NCBI RefSeq assembly: GCF_964204865.1
Contig: NC_135252.1
Coordinates: 5,332,001 to 5,396,000, forward strand
DNA: 64,000 bases
Direction of reading: 5' to 3'
DNA from: Styela clava
Lineage: Eukaryota
Below are positions 10,738-24,120 of this stretch, one piece after another. The position numbers were made by a program, and so were the translations under genes. How positions within the stretch are numbered: position 1 is the first letter of the stretch; each line of letters begins with the position of its first letter. Below the pieces are notes generated by a model. It did no database searches, had not been told where the DNA came from, and saw nothing but the letters and a program-made list of their open reading frames with translations.

Positions 10738-13700
10738 TCAAGCATTTCCTTTCAATGTTGCCATTCCAGCTCTCATCATTTCATCTACCAAGAGTAGATT
10801 AGACGCAATAACTTGACTATAAAAAGAAAAGAGTTCATAAAATATATGAGAAAGACCCAAGAGTGCTATACAGCCAACTACTGTGCCAACTTTTATATTT
10901 AGGCTCACACAAGATTAACACAGTAGATGTTCGGACAGGCATAAAAATCAATTTTGGGCACTCCAAAAGTATGTGTGCCATCGTGTCAACATGGAGGTAA
11001 CTACTTTTTTCGCCTATTTTACATCAAGTTGTGTGAAAGGACTGAAACCTATGGGTAGGGGATATATTCACTTGGCTAACACAGACAGTCTCCGAACTTG
11101 TAGTAGAACTAAAAGGAGGAAAATCAGAATAAAATTATGGCCTAACCGTTACCTGGTACACATACTAAGGGAGTACCTAATTTTGAAGCAAAACAAAACA
11201 GTAGTCAACAAGAAAGAATAATATGCTAGCTATTGCATTCATAGAGCCTGCTTGTTTGTAATATATTACATATATTGGCATAAAGAGTGCGATACTCTAA
11301 GAGAATAATATTTTGCAAGTTGAAATACACAATATAACATGTACTTTTACAAGTACTTGTGGGACTTCATAAATTGTAGACTATTGGCTTAAGATATCAA
11401 GAGAGTTATGAAATGAAACAGGCAAACAGCACTTACCAGGAATTGAGTAATTGCTTCATGACGTTGTAGTTGTCAACGATTCCAGCATCAATAGGCGCTA
11501 AAACCTCTCCTGAATAAGGATTACAATTGAGCATGGTAGAAAAACCTTTCTTCATTATATAGTCAAATACACAAAATTTTACCGGTTTGAAGATCTATTC
11601 CCACAGCTACAGTCCCACCATTCGAGTTCAATTCATGTTGCAATTTTACAATGGTTTCTTGAGGATCCAATCCTGAGTTCTGAGCCAAAACTTTCGGGAT
11701 AACGAGGAGAGCATCAGCAAAAGCCTGATAAAAAACGAGCATATCATATTGCATAAAATTGGATAAAAAAAGATTAATGATTCTAGCCCGAATTATTACC
11801 AAGTACACTAATTCAATTTCTATTCCACTCTCTACCGTCTGGTACAGAAACAAAATTTAAATTAGGTAGGATAGATGTCATGATGGTTTGCCAATGTTAT
11901 GAAGGTTTTGACAGCTGATGTCTTATGTTGGTAAGCTATATTTTAAATGCTCTCCTTTTTTCACAAGTGATTCTTTAACGGCAGACAACTAAGTTCGGAT
12001 TTTATATTTTTGGTAAAAATCAAATTTGTTGTTTCTGTCTATTAGCGAGAGCCATGGGTAACGTTTCACCGGATTCAAGCGCGAGTTCCCATTGTAGCAA
12101 AGAGCTGATTGATATTCAAGCGGCACCAGATACCAGAACAGTTAAATTCGTTCGCTGCACATTACACATTATTAGAATTTTTGCATAGAACAGAGGAGAA
12201 AGAGCCATAGTTTACTATATATGATTAACAATAACAAGATCAACTTTACTCCATATTCTTAGGTTCTGCCATACTTACTTGAACTCCAAGTTGGGCTCTT
12301 CCTTTCACAGTAGGTTTGAACTTCATAAGTGCTGCATGGGCCGCTATCTCAAACGCACCTGCACCCGCAACGAAACAGCCTGTAACAAACAAATGCATCA
12401 TTTTACTCCAAAAATATTCCACTTGAAAAAATGATGAATAAATAAGTTTGGTCAAGATTCTATTCAGAATATTTGAAGTCGACGACTCGAAACTCGAATA
12501 ATTCGGTAGTCGACCAGAACATTGTAGTCAAAAATACTGCATAACTCAAATGAAAATTCGGAGCTCGAACACCCGATACGAGCGTGCGCTGAGTGCGAGG
12601 ATGCCATCCAAACCGTGCACATCGGCTCCCTCTCGACCATTCAACAAGTATCATTTCAAGTCAGATTGTTATTGGGATATCACATGTTAAAATCACATGT
12701 ATGTGATTCAGTGAGAGCAACTATTGAGTTAAGAAAAAATAACGTGAATTACTTTACAAGAATGGTGTTCGAGTGTCTGATCTCGTCTAACCAAGTGGCA
12801 TGGCAAAGCCTATCGATTTTAAAAAATAGGAAAATGATAAAGAAAACTAATGATGCGCAGGGAATGGCAGCAATTATTGTTGTTTAGGTACACGTTTTAT
12901 TACAATTTTGGGTATTTTGAAATGCATAAGATCGTATTTTTGGAACTCGAGCACCAATCTCAAACGAGTTATGCTCGACTACCGAGGTATCACTGTAGCT
13001 TTATTTATTTTATTCCAACAATCTCTAGATCCAAATAACCGGAAGAAAATGCATGAAGTGAAACTCCCAAGTCCCCATCTGTATATTGAAATTACTTGGA
13101 CAATATCATAAGTATAATCACCATCATCTATAGCATTCTTCACAGCTCTTAAACCATCTCTCACAGCATCTTTGATTTGTGTTATTGTGTGACTGTTAGG
13201 TCCTCGAACGAGTATAGTAACACTTTGCGGATTGGCGCATTTTTCAACAAATGTATATTTGCTTTCACCCTGGAATAATGAAAGAATCAAAAACAATGCC
13301 TGAAAAAATATGTTAATCAAATATTTTTTACTGCAAAGTTTGATGTCAATGCCGAATGTGAGTGTGTATATAGCGTATGCATCATCAATTTAATAAAATT
13401 AGTTTTCTGGTAGAAAGATATTTTTCATGTACTGGTTCATGCCGATTGCGAGTACATCTCGAGTGATGAGTATAAAATTAAAATCCAACACCCCTAATTA
13501 AAGAAAAAAAAGCCAGATTGACTGCATAGTAGTGGCTGTTATGGAATAAATAAATCAAAAATTCTAGATAGAGACATATTGTCCAAAAACTGTGCTTACC
13601 AGAACATGCTCATACACAAGACCAGCTTTACCGAGGCATTCTGGTGTTAAATCATCTACAGAATTCATCGCAATTCCCCCACAAGCTAAGACAAGTCGTT

Positions 13701-16700
13701 CCATATTTCTAAAAATAAAAATGAAATCATGATATTTACTTGGCACCCAACATCAGCTTATCATGATATTCACTCCCAACAGTAGCTTTTCTAAAAAAAT
13801 ATGGGCAACAAAACTAAAATATTTTTAATATGAAAGTCACAATACCTTAATTAAATCATGCACTTAATAAAAACTCGATAGAATTGAGAATCGAGAATAA
13901 CACAACACCATTAATATCCAAGGAATAATATCATACATACCTTCTCTTAGCTCTTCTCAATGCAACAATTCCATTCTTCGCCAGCATATCAAGAGACATT
14001 GGATCAATACCCTGGGTTAAATACAGATTATTGTTCCAAATGCTGGTAATCTTTACATAAATTACAGAACCGGACTCGTATGTATGTATGCATGCATGCA
14101 AACCTTTAAAATATTTGTGAATACGTCAATAGGTTTTTCACTGATGTTTGCAAACAGCTGCATCACTCATTTATTTAATAACATCAATTCAGAAAAAAAT
14201 GGACCCAGTCTAGACATTTTTATCTAATCCCAGCCATTCATTGAAGTATAATAGAATTCTCAGTGTTTTGATTCAGTGAAAAAAGAGAGATACTTTTATA
14301 AAAACAGCAACAGGAATAAATGCAGATTAAAGAATAACAGATTTGGAATTTATACTGAAATCTTCATCTTCTAGAAATTTATATATACAGTATCATTTTA
14401 CCTTCTGGTTCACAACAACAAATCCAATTTCACCATCACCACTGCTTTTCGCCACCTAAAATTGCGTCAGATAATAAATTATGTTGAAAATGAGTATGAA
14501 AAATGTTTAAATGAAAAATATGGGTCATTGTAGTTGTGCTTTTCAAACAAAACAATCTGGCAGTTTATCATTAGATTTTGAACTGACCTGTTTTTTTAAT
14601 TCAACAATTTTTGCTACTTTATCGTCTGTAAATTTTCGTTCTGCAGCTACGAGTTTCTCCCTTTCTTCTGCTGATTTGTAGAAAAATCCTGAATTAACTT
14701 CACTGAAAAAAAGGTCATACTGATAAGTTATTTGGTCGCCAACCAACGCAACGCAGGTAAATCTATTTGCGGTAATAGCAGAACAGAATACAGTAATTCA
14801 AGTACTCTAGAACAGGTACTTTACCTTTTTTCATATTCCATGGAAACATTACATGTGAGGATATAAGCATTTTCTACACGTTTCTTCATATCTGGATGCC
14901 GAGCACCATGATCCATCACCAAACCTTGCACAAGTTTTGTATCAGAATCTACTCTGTGTTGCATTTCCATAATCTCAACCATATGAAGATTGATTGCTTC
15001 GTTTTCTTTTTTTACTGCTAAAACTGCATCAACGACAACCTTGAACAAAAATTTTCAATCGTAGTTGAAAGGAGTTTCTAGCAATGTTTATTTAAATGCA
15101 AATAATCTTTAAAATCAGCGCTCCAGAAGTGTGTGTACCAACATGGAATTAACAAATTTTGTTCACCCACTTCACATCAAGTTGTGTGAAGGGAATGAAA
15201 CCTATGGACAGGGGGGTATATTCACTTGGCTAATGCAGACAGTCCCCGAATTCATAATAGAACTAAAATGAGGAAAATCGGAATAAAATTATGGCCTAAC
15301 CCTAACCTGGTACACACACTACGGGAGTACCTTAGATTCAACTATAAAATGGGGAAGTTCTCATTTCCAAAATTTGCAAGATGATTTTACGTCTAACCCT
15401 AAAACAATCATTTAAAAGGGCAAGGCAGCAAAAGCATTCAACACATACAACCATTGTCACACATACCTCTGTAAGTTTTTCAGCAAGTTTCTGGTGAACT
15501 TTTGTAGCAAGTGAAGTTCTGGCAACATTTAATAGTTCGTCTCTATTCATTTCCTTAAATACTCTCATTGAATCTAAAACTTCTTCAGCCTTAACTTTTG
15601 CAAGCTCAAAGCCCTCCGTAATTATTCTTGGATGGACACCCTGCAATTAATAAAAAAAAGTCGGCTGAACAATCCAGTAATTTATCGGATACCATTTGAA
15701 GTCATCATACTAATAAGTTATGATCAGGACAAATAACTGAAATTTCTTTTTAACAATTTCTACATTTGTCTCTTAACAAAAAGTTATATCTTATTAATCT
15801 TACATTTCATAATTGGCATGACATGAATTTGCATGATTTAAAATCTTGATCGAAGTGGGGTACTAATGCAATTACTCAATAAAAATAGAAGATCCTCCAT
15901 TATCTTCTAAAACATTCTGAATCTGCGTGAAATAAAATCCAAAAACACTACTAGAATCTGTTTAATTAAAATACAGTTTTCAAAACTCGGATTTAAAAAC
16001 AAATTTACCTCCTGTACATATAAGTCCGCCTGTTTAAGTAATTCACCGATTATGAGAACATTGGAAGTTGTACCATCACCAGTAATATCATCCTGTGCCG
16101 TAGCAACCTATGAATAAATTTTGTAGTTCGCATTAATTATAGAGATAGCATTGATTAAGTGCCAAAAAGAGTCAATGTAATTGTTTGATCAGCTTATCCT
16201 AGTTTCTCTGCCTCCAGATATGAGTGAATATCTTATTACCGTACATTTATTTGACTCTGTCTATAAAGGGCAGTAGGAATGGTTAATGATCAGAAATACA
16301 CAAACTAGATAAATCAATCTATCGCCCAAGTATTAATGGGGCTTTTCCTGACCTTTTTTCAAATGGAAAAGTAAAAGCTTGAAAATCGGATAATTAAATT
16401 TATAGGCCTACTTTAGCTATTAAACTGGCTGTAGGATGTTGAATCTGCATTTCATTCAATAAAACATTTCCATCTTTTGTTAGTTTTATGTCTCCAGACC
16501 CAGATACAAGCCTAAAAAATAAAATGTGATAAAATAAGAAGGTTACCAAAATTGGATAGACAACATCGCTTGAATTTACAGAAATATACTTTCATAAAAA
16601 GTTTACAACTTAATACAAGACAGTCAATTTTGATAGGCCTATACCAGTAATGAAGAATCCAACAACAAGTCTGCATCTACAGTTGTTTTATTCAAGTATC

Positions 16701-17203
16701 ATTCGGAACAGTGGTTCTCATTAGGCCGCGCCCCTTTTTTCGAATTTGTCATGTCTCGCACCCCACCTCAAAAATAACTACCGTGGTTAACAATAAGCTA
16801 CAAATACCAGATAAGGCAAAAGTATGTTTTGTTTCCAAAAAAATGTTGAAAATGCGAGGATGGAACGCAAATATCATAAATAAAGGAATGTAAATATCCA
16901 AACATTTGAGAACCACTGATTTAGAAGTATATTATCTACTTTTAATCTACATGACAAATGGTATCCAGATGAAAAAGTTGGATGTATTCAAATAATTTAA
17001 TCAAGCATCTTTGATAATCCTTCATTTTCAAACCTATGAAATCATTAAAAACCGCTAATTTCTTACATTTTCATCGTGCCTTTAGGCCCCAAGTTTGTCC
17101 TCAGAACATCTTGTAGACCTTTCGCAGCACTAATATTGATTGCAAGAGCCTGTGTTGAACGAGCTACTTCTGCTTTCGGATTTAGAGATTTTATTGCCGA
17201 CAT
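10738..17203 (-). CDS. CCT6: T-complex protein 1 subunit zeta (chaperonin CCT6), 14 exons, 538 aa
   Basis: Exons (minus) 17203-17067, 16511-16412, 16107-16009, 15640-15467, 15039-14825, 14702-14588, 14455-14402, 14011-13941, 13708-13600, 13269-13122, 12379-12279, 11724-11583, 11509-11437, 10816-10738 total 1617 nt in frame. Motifs: [67 protein letters not shown]. Confidence 0.97.
10957..11177. mobile_element. ~220-bp MITE (family A) in CCT6 intron 13
   Basis: TIRs GGCACTCCAAAAGTATGTGTGCC / GGTACACATACTAAGGGAGTACC; flanks CAATTTTG/TAATTTTG (7/8 TSD). Other copies at 15117-15331, ~19030-19108, ~47864-48033, ~57838-57938. Confidence 0.8.
15117..15331. mobile_element. MITE family A copy in CCT6 intron 4
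   Basis: Collinear with 10957-11177; flanks TTAAAATC/TTAGATTC; contains CCTAACCCTAACC near the right end. Confidence 0.8.
16709..16918. mobile_element. hAT-type MITE in CCT6 intron 1
   Basis: TIRs CAGTGGTTCTCA / TGAGAACCACTG; degenerate 8-bp flanks ATTCGGAA/ATTTAGAA. Related copy at 59115-59369 in an XRN1 intron. Confidence 0.75.
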
Positions 17204-19109
17204 TGAATATGTTAATTCCAATAAATATTATAACTTTAGAAAATTAGGCTTCAAAATAAGTGGAACAGATCATTCAGTATTCATCAACAAAGATCGAATG
17301 TCCCTAACACAAAATTCATTAAAATGTGACCCTGCAGTTGTAAAGGCTTTAGTTATTCTACTGAAAGAAGATAAAAAATGGCTTCAAAAGAGACCAAGAC
17401 CTCAAATTTTCAGTAGATAAACCAAACAATTAGTTGGGGTATGCAAGACTAACTCCAGAACTCCCAAGTCCTCTTAGGGACTACGGCAGTACTATACAGA
17501 TCAAGAGACATTGTCTCGTTTCAGAGAAACCCATTTTACCGATGATCAGACACCCCTTCTTTGGGAGACGTCTGGACATTGTTGTCGCTCAATATCAGTA
17601 ATAATACAGTATAATGAAGTTGCGCAAAATACTACAAAAAAGCGCAATCTAATAACATGTATATTGCAAGAATGCTGTGCCAGAAATACAGATGATTATA
17701 CTCCAGTAGTCTACTATGTAATGCAGTACGGTACCGGTCTGCCGGTATAGAATAGTTCTCCGATTCCAAGATGTTCAGACATTCCGTCCAATAAAACGAA
17801 CATCCAATTTGTCGCGAAAACGAGGGCATCTAGCGCGACTGCAGATGCGTTTGATCGTGTCATGCTTGTCTCGATAATAATTTAAATCAATCATACAATA
17901 CAGCAAAACACCAGTACCTAATATCCTAGTTTGGGAATGATTCAAATTCATTTTCGCTGCATTAATTTAATTCTCATATGGCACGGCAGCTTTACATCAC
18001 TTTTGCACATACAGACATCACTGCAATATACAATTAGCCTATACTGAAAACAGCGACACGCCCGATACCGCCTAACAACTATATAAGCAGCAGCACGTGC
18101 GATATGAAAACGATGAAACATTTTGTTAAAACCGTTATTGCTATGTTCACGCGCCACTGCATACTGGTTCTAGAAGATTCGAACACTGTGATTGATTGGG
18201 GCGAACAAAGTCATCATCATAGTTAATTTTGATGCCTTCAGAAAACGCAAAATCAATTTATTAAAGCAATATAGACACCAAGCAATGTCTAAATCAAACT
18301 GTCGAGTAGAAACCCCACTGAAAATCTCGCGCTCACTCACCAATATACAAAAATGGCTCAAATAGAAACGGAAAAGATTCGAGCTATTCAATTTGAATCA
18401 ACTTTATCCTATGTACGCAAGCTATATATTTTTAATTTGAATATATGTTGTTAATATTTAGCCACTGAAACAGACAAATTGAAATTTTTAGTACGTGAAT
18501 ACGTGTAAACATGACATCAGTTTGATTTGAGGCAAGGTGACAACTACTGTCATATAGATTATAGCAAGAATACGGTGGCTGACTCGACGTAGCCGGGGAA
18601 TATTTCAAACGTCATTGTCATTCCCAACTGAATTAGAGGCACTGGCAGTATGACATACAACTTGTAGACAACGTCTTTTTCGTCCTTGATTCGCCAAATT
18701 TTAGCTGCTTTTCCAACACCCATACAATGCTAGAGTTGTCAGGTATTATAAGAACACATGTTTCTACGCATAAATTGACGCATATTTTGTTATTTGTGTC
18801 GTGATTTAAGTGTTTTCGGCCAGAATTGTTTGGTCTTTAGTTTCAGTGATCCTTATTCTACCAAACGATCCAATCGAGATAGTTGAGTTCAAGAACCTGA
18901 ATAACAGCGGAGTAAATCTGTCGAGAACTTCTTTGGGATCGAAAATCGAACACGAATTTAGCAGGAGCTTTTGTTAGTGCTCGAGATTAACCAAGTGTTG
19001 CCCATCGTGGCGTGGCCAGCACCAAGCTCCCGAACTCGTAATAGAACTAAATAAGGAAAATCGGAATAAAATATTGGCCAAACCTGGTACACATACTATG
19101 GGAGTACCA

Positions 19110-19290
19110 TGTAAACAAACAAATTCTTCAGCTTAATTTAATGCCTCGTTAACCTCAAAAAATCTTCCCGGTTGAGAAAAAAACTCAATGAATTTTGACT
19201 CCTCAATCATAAGTTTGAGGGCTTCACTTTTCCTTTTCCCAGCCAGTGAATACATGCGCTCCTACCATAGCCTTTGCTTGAATTTTTACT
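19110..19290 (-). mobile_element. Fragment of an Academ-like transposon (XPG-like domain region)
   Basis: Minus-strand frames give AMVGAHVFTG.. and LAGKRKSEALKLM..FFSQPG..AEEFVCL, resembling the HAFTGCD..GKGK..LEEFVC block of XPG-domain Academ proteins. Frameshifted. Confidence 0.5.
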
Positions 19291-19484
19291 CGGGTAACAA
19301 TGTATGGCACTAACATGAATAACCCTCCTACCTTTACATGGCACTAACATGAATAACCCGCCTATCTTTAACGCCGCCGGTTTATTCAGCTCTGCTAGAA
19401 ATCTCGAATGCTAGTTTATTGTAAATGCCACTAACCATTATGATTATGACTGTAATTTACAAGCCATTTATTGTTATGCATGCT

Positions 19485-19800
19485 ATTTAGTGGGACTTCT
19501 GTCATTTCTTAGATTGAACAATTCTGTTCAAATTTGGCTTGTATGTCGTTGTAGCCAATCGAAGCAGTCCTTTCACAGTCAGTCAAAACTAATCAATGCT
19601 TTGATTTCGCATGCATTAGGGCAGAAAAGACAGATTCGCTGACGTATGTTTAACCAAAAATTGACATCCTAAGCGCAGCTCGTATTTTTTCATTGGCATG
19701 CTTTTCCATAACTTAATGGTCCCTTCCCTTAAAGCGCATTTCGGTTGGTCTTCGCCTTGAAAATAATCTTCAACTCAGTTGCAGCCTCATCTGAGACTAG
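19485..19800 (-). mobile_element. hAT (Buster/GTF2IRD2-like) transposase C-terminal remnant
   Basis: Minus strand: AALRMSIFG*TYVSESVFSALMHAKSKH*LVLTD..LRLATTTYKPNLNRIV, matching the FGSTY.CE..FS...KSK.RS.LTD dimerisation region, with stops. Confidence 0.7.
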
Positions 19801-20929
19801 AGGGAATTTCAAACGATCCGTCTCAGAATTAAATGAGTCGTCGACACTTGTGACGTTTTATATGCACTTCAATCAAATGGTAAATTGTGCGTTTGTCGCC
19901 CAACTTCGTTTTCGATACGATTATGACAGCATTTGCTTCGTAGTGCAATAGAGGCGTCTCACTAGTGACTACAATTTTATTGTGACGCAATTATGAACGA
20001 TGGCGTGGTGAATTGAATGAAGGCATTTATGTATCATTGACGTAAACGAACAGTGCACGATAAAATGCAATATGTATAAATCGAAAAAGCAAGATGAATC
20101 GTAGATTTTTCACCGAAGTGGTATCCTCGTCTCTCTGAATAAATTTTATTTTCTCTCGTTTGGTACAAGGCTTCACGCTTAGCCCTTTTGTCTTAGTCTG
20201 CATTCTACTACTAACTGAGGGGTATGTATCTATTACAAGATGCACAACTTTCCTGAGAAATTTCCCCAAACTTTTTGGGGGGTAGTGCGGCGAGATCTTC
20301 AAATGTTTTGGGGATATTTCTGTGATTGATGTTTTGTAGAACGGCCATTGCATCCAAACCCATTTACTTGGTAATAATTTATCAATAGAGGATGGTACCT
20401 TTAGCTTGAGTATTGTATGAATTTTGCTTTGGACGTCCTCATTAGGCCTCCGTCTGTGTAAGCTAACGACAAGGGCAAAGGTCCGAGAGAGTATTTGAGC
20501 AAATTTTTAATTTTGATACCATTCTCCCTTCCCTAATTGCATGACGCGCCAGCAGATTTCTTTCAAACTTAAATCTGTCTCATTTTGACTGTATTATGTC
20601 TTAATTATTTTTCGAACACTTGAGAACGATTTCAACTTCAAATCACTTATGGTATTATGAAAACCTCCTTATTTGATAAAAGCTGATTCTTGCAGAACTG
20701 AGTGAAGCAGAAATATTCTCTCACTTCAGCAGTCATAATATCACTGGCGATTACTTTGAAAACCTCGACTCCAGAAACAACATGTATAAGAAAAGATGAA
20801 GGCTGAAATGAGCGTTTTCTCTCACGTGGAAGTCTTGCTGTAGGTTTTAAATCAGCGTCACATGCCGATTTGGTACACGATGGAATACAGATAGAGCCCA
20901 ATCAGATCTTATAATGTAGCCAGAGCAGT

Positions 20930-22760
20930 GTCGTGCTTTAAAACAATTGGACACATAATGCCCCAGACCATTGAAGAGGGTAATCAACGAGGTTGATCCA
21001 GTCAAATGACGGACTGCCATAGCAAGTGATACCACATGTGCTGGGACATGTTCATTTTTCCGCCGTTAGAGAGGTAAACGATATCCTGACAGATGGGGTA
21101 GATTTTTTCAGACGTTTTTTCTTCTATATATACACAAAAAATACCAGAACTGAACCTAGTTATCCAACTAAGAAATTTACCCAGCAAGTTTGTACACATA
21201 TTTTCACCGCATTATCATCGAAGTGCCCTGAAGTCGAGGAGGCCAGTAAAAATAAGAGTCATGATTATTTATAACCTTTCTGTAGATACATTGCGTAAAA
21301 AAATATTTTCCGTATATTAGCGCAGTTGAAGGAGATGCAGGTGGTTTCGAACACGTTAGTAGCTCATTCTCAGAATCGTCTTCAGTTTCCGTATCCGAAA
21401 CAGTGAGCCTTATGATCGGCATCGGTTACTGTTTCTTCAATGACATCGCCATCTAAAATAGTATCCACGATCACCAGATGATGGCACGTCGGCTTTTTGG
21501 ACCGTATAAATGCAAGTTGAGAAAGTCTTTTTTCAAACGCCCCTTTATGTTGGAGGTACGGTAACCAGACGAGTCAACAAGCTCAAACTGATTGATGTAC
21601 CTCTTGAAAAGGGTGTTTAAGAATGTTAAACGAAATATCTTCTTGTTTTCGCAATTACCCTTGGTACAATGAATTCTTCGCACAATATTTTGAATGCTGT
21701 AGCATATTGCATATTGACTGCTCTTTCTTTCCTATCATGAATCGAGTATAACCTCGATAGCAACTTGAACGGTACCGGACTTGCACTCAGATGCACTAGC
21801 ATCAACATCCCGTTGCTGGAGTAGCAAAACATGAAACTGATATAATCCACGTGAGCAAACGAGGGATATAAAAGTTTATCAACGAAACATTACACATAAC
21901 AATTATAACAGACGAGTTTGAAGGTTATATTTCAAACTCACCTCTTCCTTTCGCTTAAATCTTGCAATTTCGCATATTGCACATTTCACGGAAAATAAGC
22001 GGCTGTTCAATTGTTCTGAAACCCTTTGTGGGTATGGAAGAGCGTAGCAATATTTTAGGTGGTGTAAGTCGGTCGAAATCAGGCTTTATTTTCAAATTAC
22101 CAAATTTTCGGCCATTCACTGCCTGTCATCACATTTTTCATCGCACCTTACCGGTACTGTACATAATTTATGAATACACTAGTCTATCTAAAGTTATAAA
22201 CTGTTTGCAATTGTTACGATTTAGATTCTCTTATATATACCTTTACTCTTTTCTTCGCAACTTCTTCTTCAACCCATTTTATTTTTACAAGTATAGCGCT
22301 GATAGCAGCAGCGATGGTAGCTTGCGTTCAATTTGATAGACGGAACATCGCCCCTTTTCGTTTGCAGTTCAGTATCTAAAATGATGAATAAAATCATATT
22401 TGGAACAACATGCGTGTTTTTCAGGGAATAAAAATACCACTAAATACCGGCTAATACTACACATACATAAGGCATTCAACTGGTGCATTCCAGTCCATAT
22501 TTTCCATATTTTAAAACATCAACCGTCGGCCTACAACTTGATAGGCTACATGAATTTTCAATCTATTCCAATACTACATTTTTTCAACTCCTGCATAACT
22601 TATCAGTGCTGGGCTGTCCAGGTACTTGTACCAGGTAACTCTATGAATATAGACCAACTGACATCAGTAAAATTGGTTACTTTCCCCTCTTTTTCACAAC
22701 GTGCATTACACAAACGACCATTATTTTCCGAATAAAATATGCTGTAGTCTATATAGTAGT
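20930..22760 (-). mobile_element. Decayed Academ-like DNA transposon coding region
   Basis: Collinear minus-strand fragments: LCNARCEKEGKVTNFTDVSW, GYRTSNIKGRLKK, ICQDIVYLSNGGK, H-VSLAMAVRHLTGSTSLITLFNGLGHYVS, which are typical blocks of this large transposase family. Many stops and frameshifts. Confidence 0.55.
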
Positions 22761-24120
22761 ATAATTCGGATGAATACTCACGAATCATTATTAAATAAAC
22801 TTTTCATACAAGCATGAAAATATCCCTCGTTACTCAACGCAAAAGCGAGCACTAATAACTGAAATTTATCCGACTAATAAAATCCGCTAATAAAATAAAA
22901 CAGCTGATTGTTACGTCATGCAGAAGTCAGCGTTCATTTGCCACTGTTGCCGAAAAAGCGGAGAATATAGAACAGATGATAACAAAAATTCCTTGAATTA
23001 AAATCGTCTTTTCGTATTACGTGCTACCTTTTGAAATGAAAACAAAGTATTATTTGTTACTAAATTTCTAAGGAGCATTTTAAATTTATTTTCAGGCAGT
23101 CTTATACGAAAAATTATTCCGTATTAGCAACTGTGGGAAATTTAAAGTTAAAAATTTTTCAACGGTTTTTGAAGTACAACCAGCGCCTAAATGAACATGA
23201 TGAACCTGTCTTCCACTAATTGGATACGTCAGTGTACATAACGATCGTTTTAATATTATGGTGCTGTTGTTGTTATTCTTCTCCTTCGTCATGATGAGGT
23301 CGCTATTACTTTTACTTAGAATGATACTTTTACTTATTTCAAAAATTTCTGTGGACTTCAAGAGATTGTTTTATATGTGGCAGAATAAAAATTAGCGATA
23401 CCTTGTGACGTGTCCATATATTTGAGCATAGCTCTCTTGTTTATCATTATGTTGGCACGCCAGGTAATCCGAAAAGTGTTCTCGAAGCGTCTTGGCTTCT
23501 ACACCAATAACAATTCCCTATAATTTTCTCACCAAATTCTATTTGGGACACCAGTATGAGGGAATTAAAGACACATAAAGTGTAAATCGGAACTGGGTAA
23601 TGAGAAATGAAGATTTGGAAATCACTGTTCTAAGCGAATAATATACGGGACAAAAGTACTAAGCATATAGAAAAATTGAACAAATATCAGTTTTATTAAA
23701 TTTTAAATCGGTTTTTATTCTGGAACAAGCTTTAATAATTTAAAAGCGTTTTAAAAATGAATAATAGTTCAATGTTTAATTTCGAGGCCTCTAAGGCTTG
23801 ATGCCCCCAGGCATCAGCCTACTTTGCCCAATGGTAAATCCTACCCAGTGTATGGCCCTGGTGGAGCATGATTCCGCTTTTTTGTAGAGCGTACTTCACT
23901 GTGATTAACCTCTTGCACTCCATTTCCCGAGGCAGAATTGTTTTGATTTTATCATGCAAGTTGATTCTTGCCGCATTTTGTATTGCCAACAATGTCAAAA
24001 ACGCATTTTGCAATTTTGTAATAACCATTCATTTAGGAAATGAAACATCTTGTTCTGAAATCTTCACACTCTCATGGTTTGTTGTAAGTGGATTACGAGC
24101 AGACTCACGGTTTAGATTTT

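Noticed and set aside
16179-16292. U17/snR30 identity for the CCT6 intron hairpin (ATTCCTA, AAACTAG)
   Set aside because: The m1/m2 motifs are imperfect and the spacing to ACA does not match U17.
17298-17545. Divergent small ORF and a possible LINE endonuclease motif (DIVSFQ-ETHF) next to the CCT6 start
   Set aside because: The motif needs a frameshift and lacks supporting neighbouring motifs; too weak to call.
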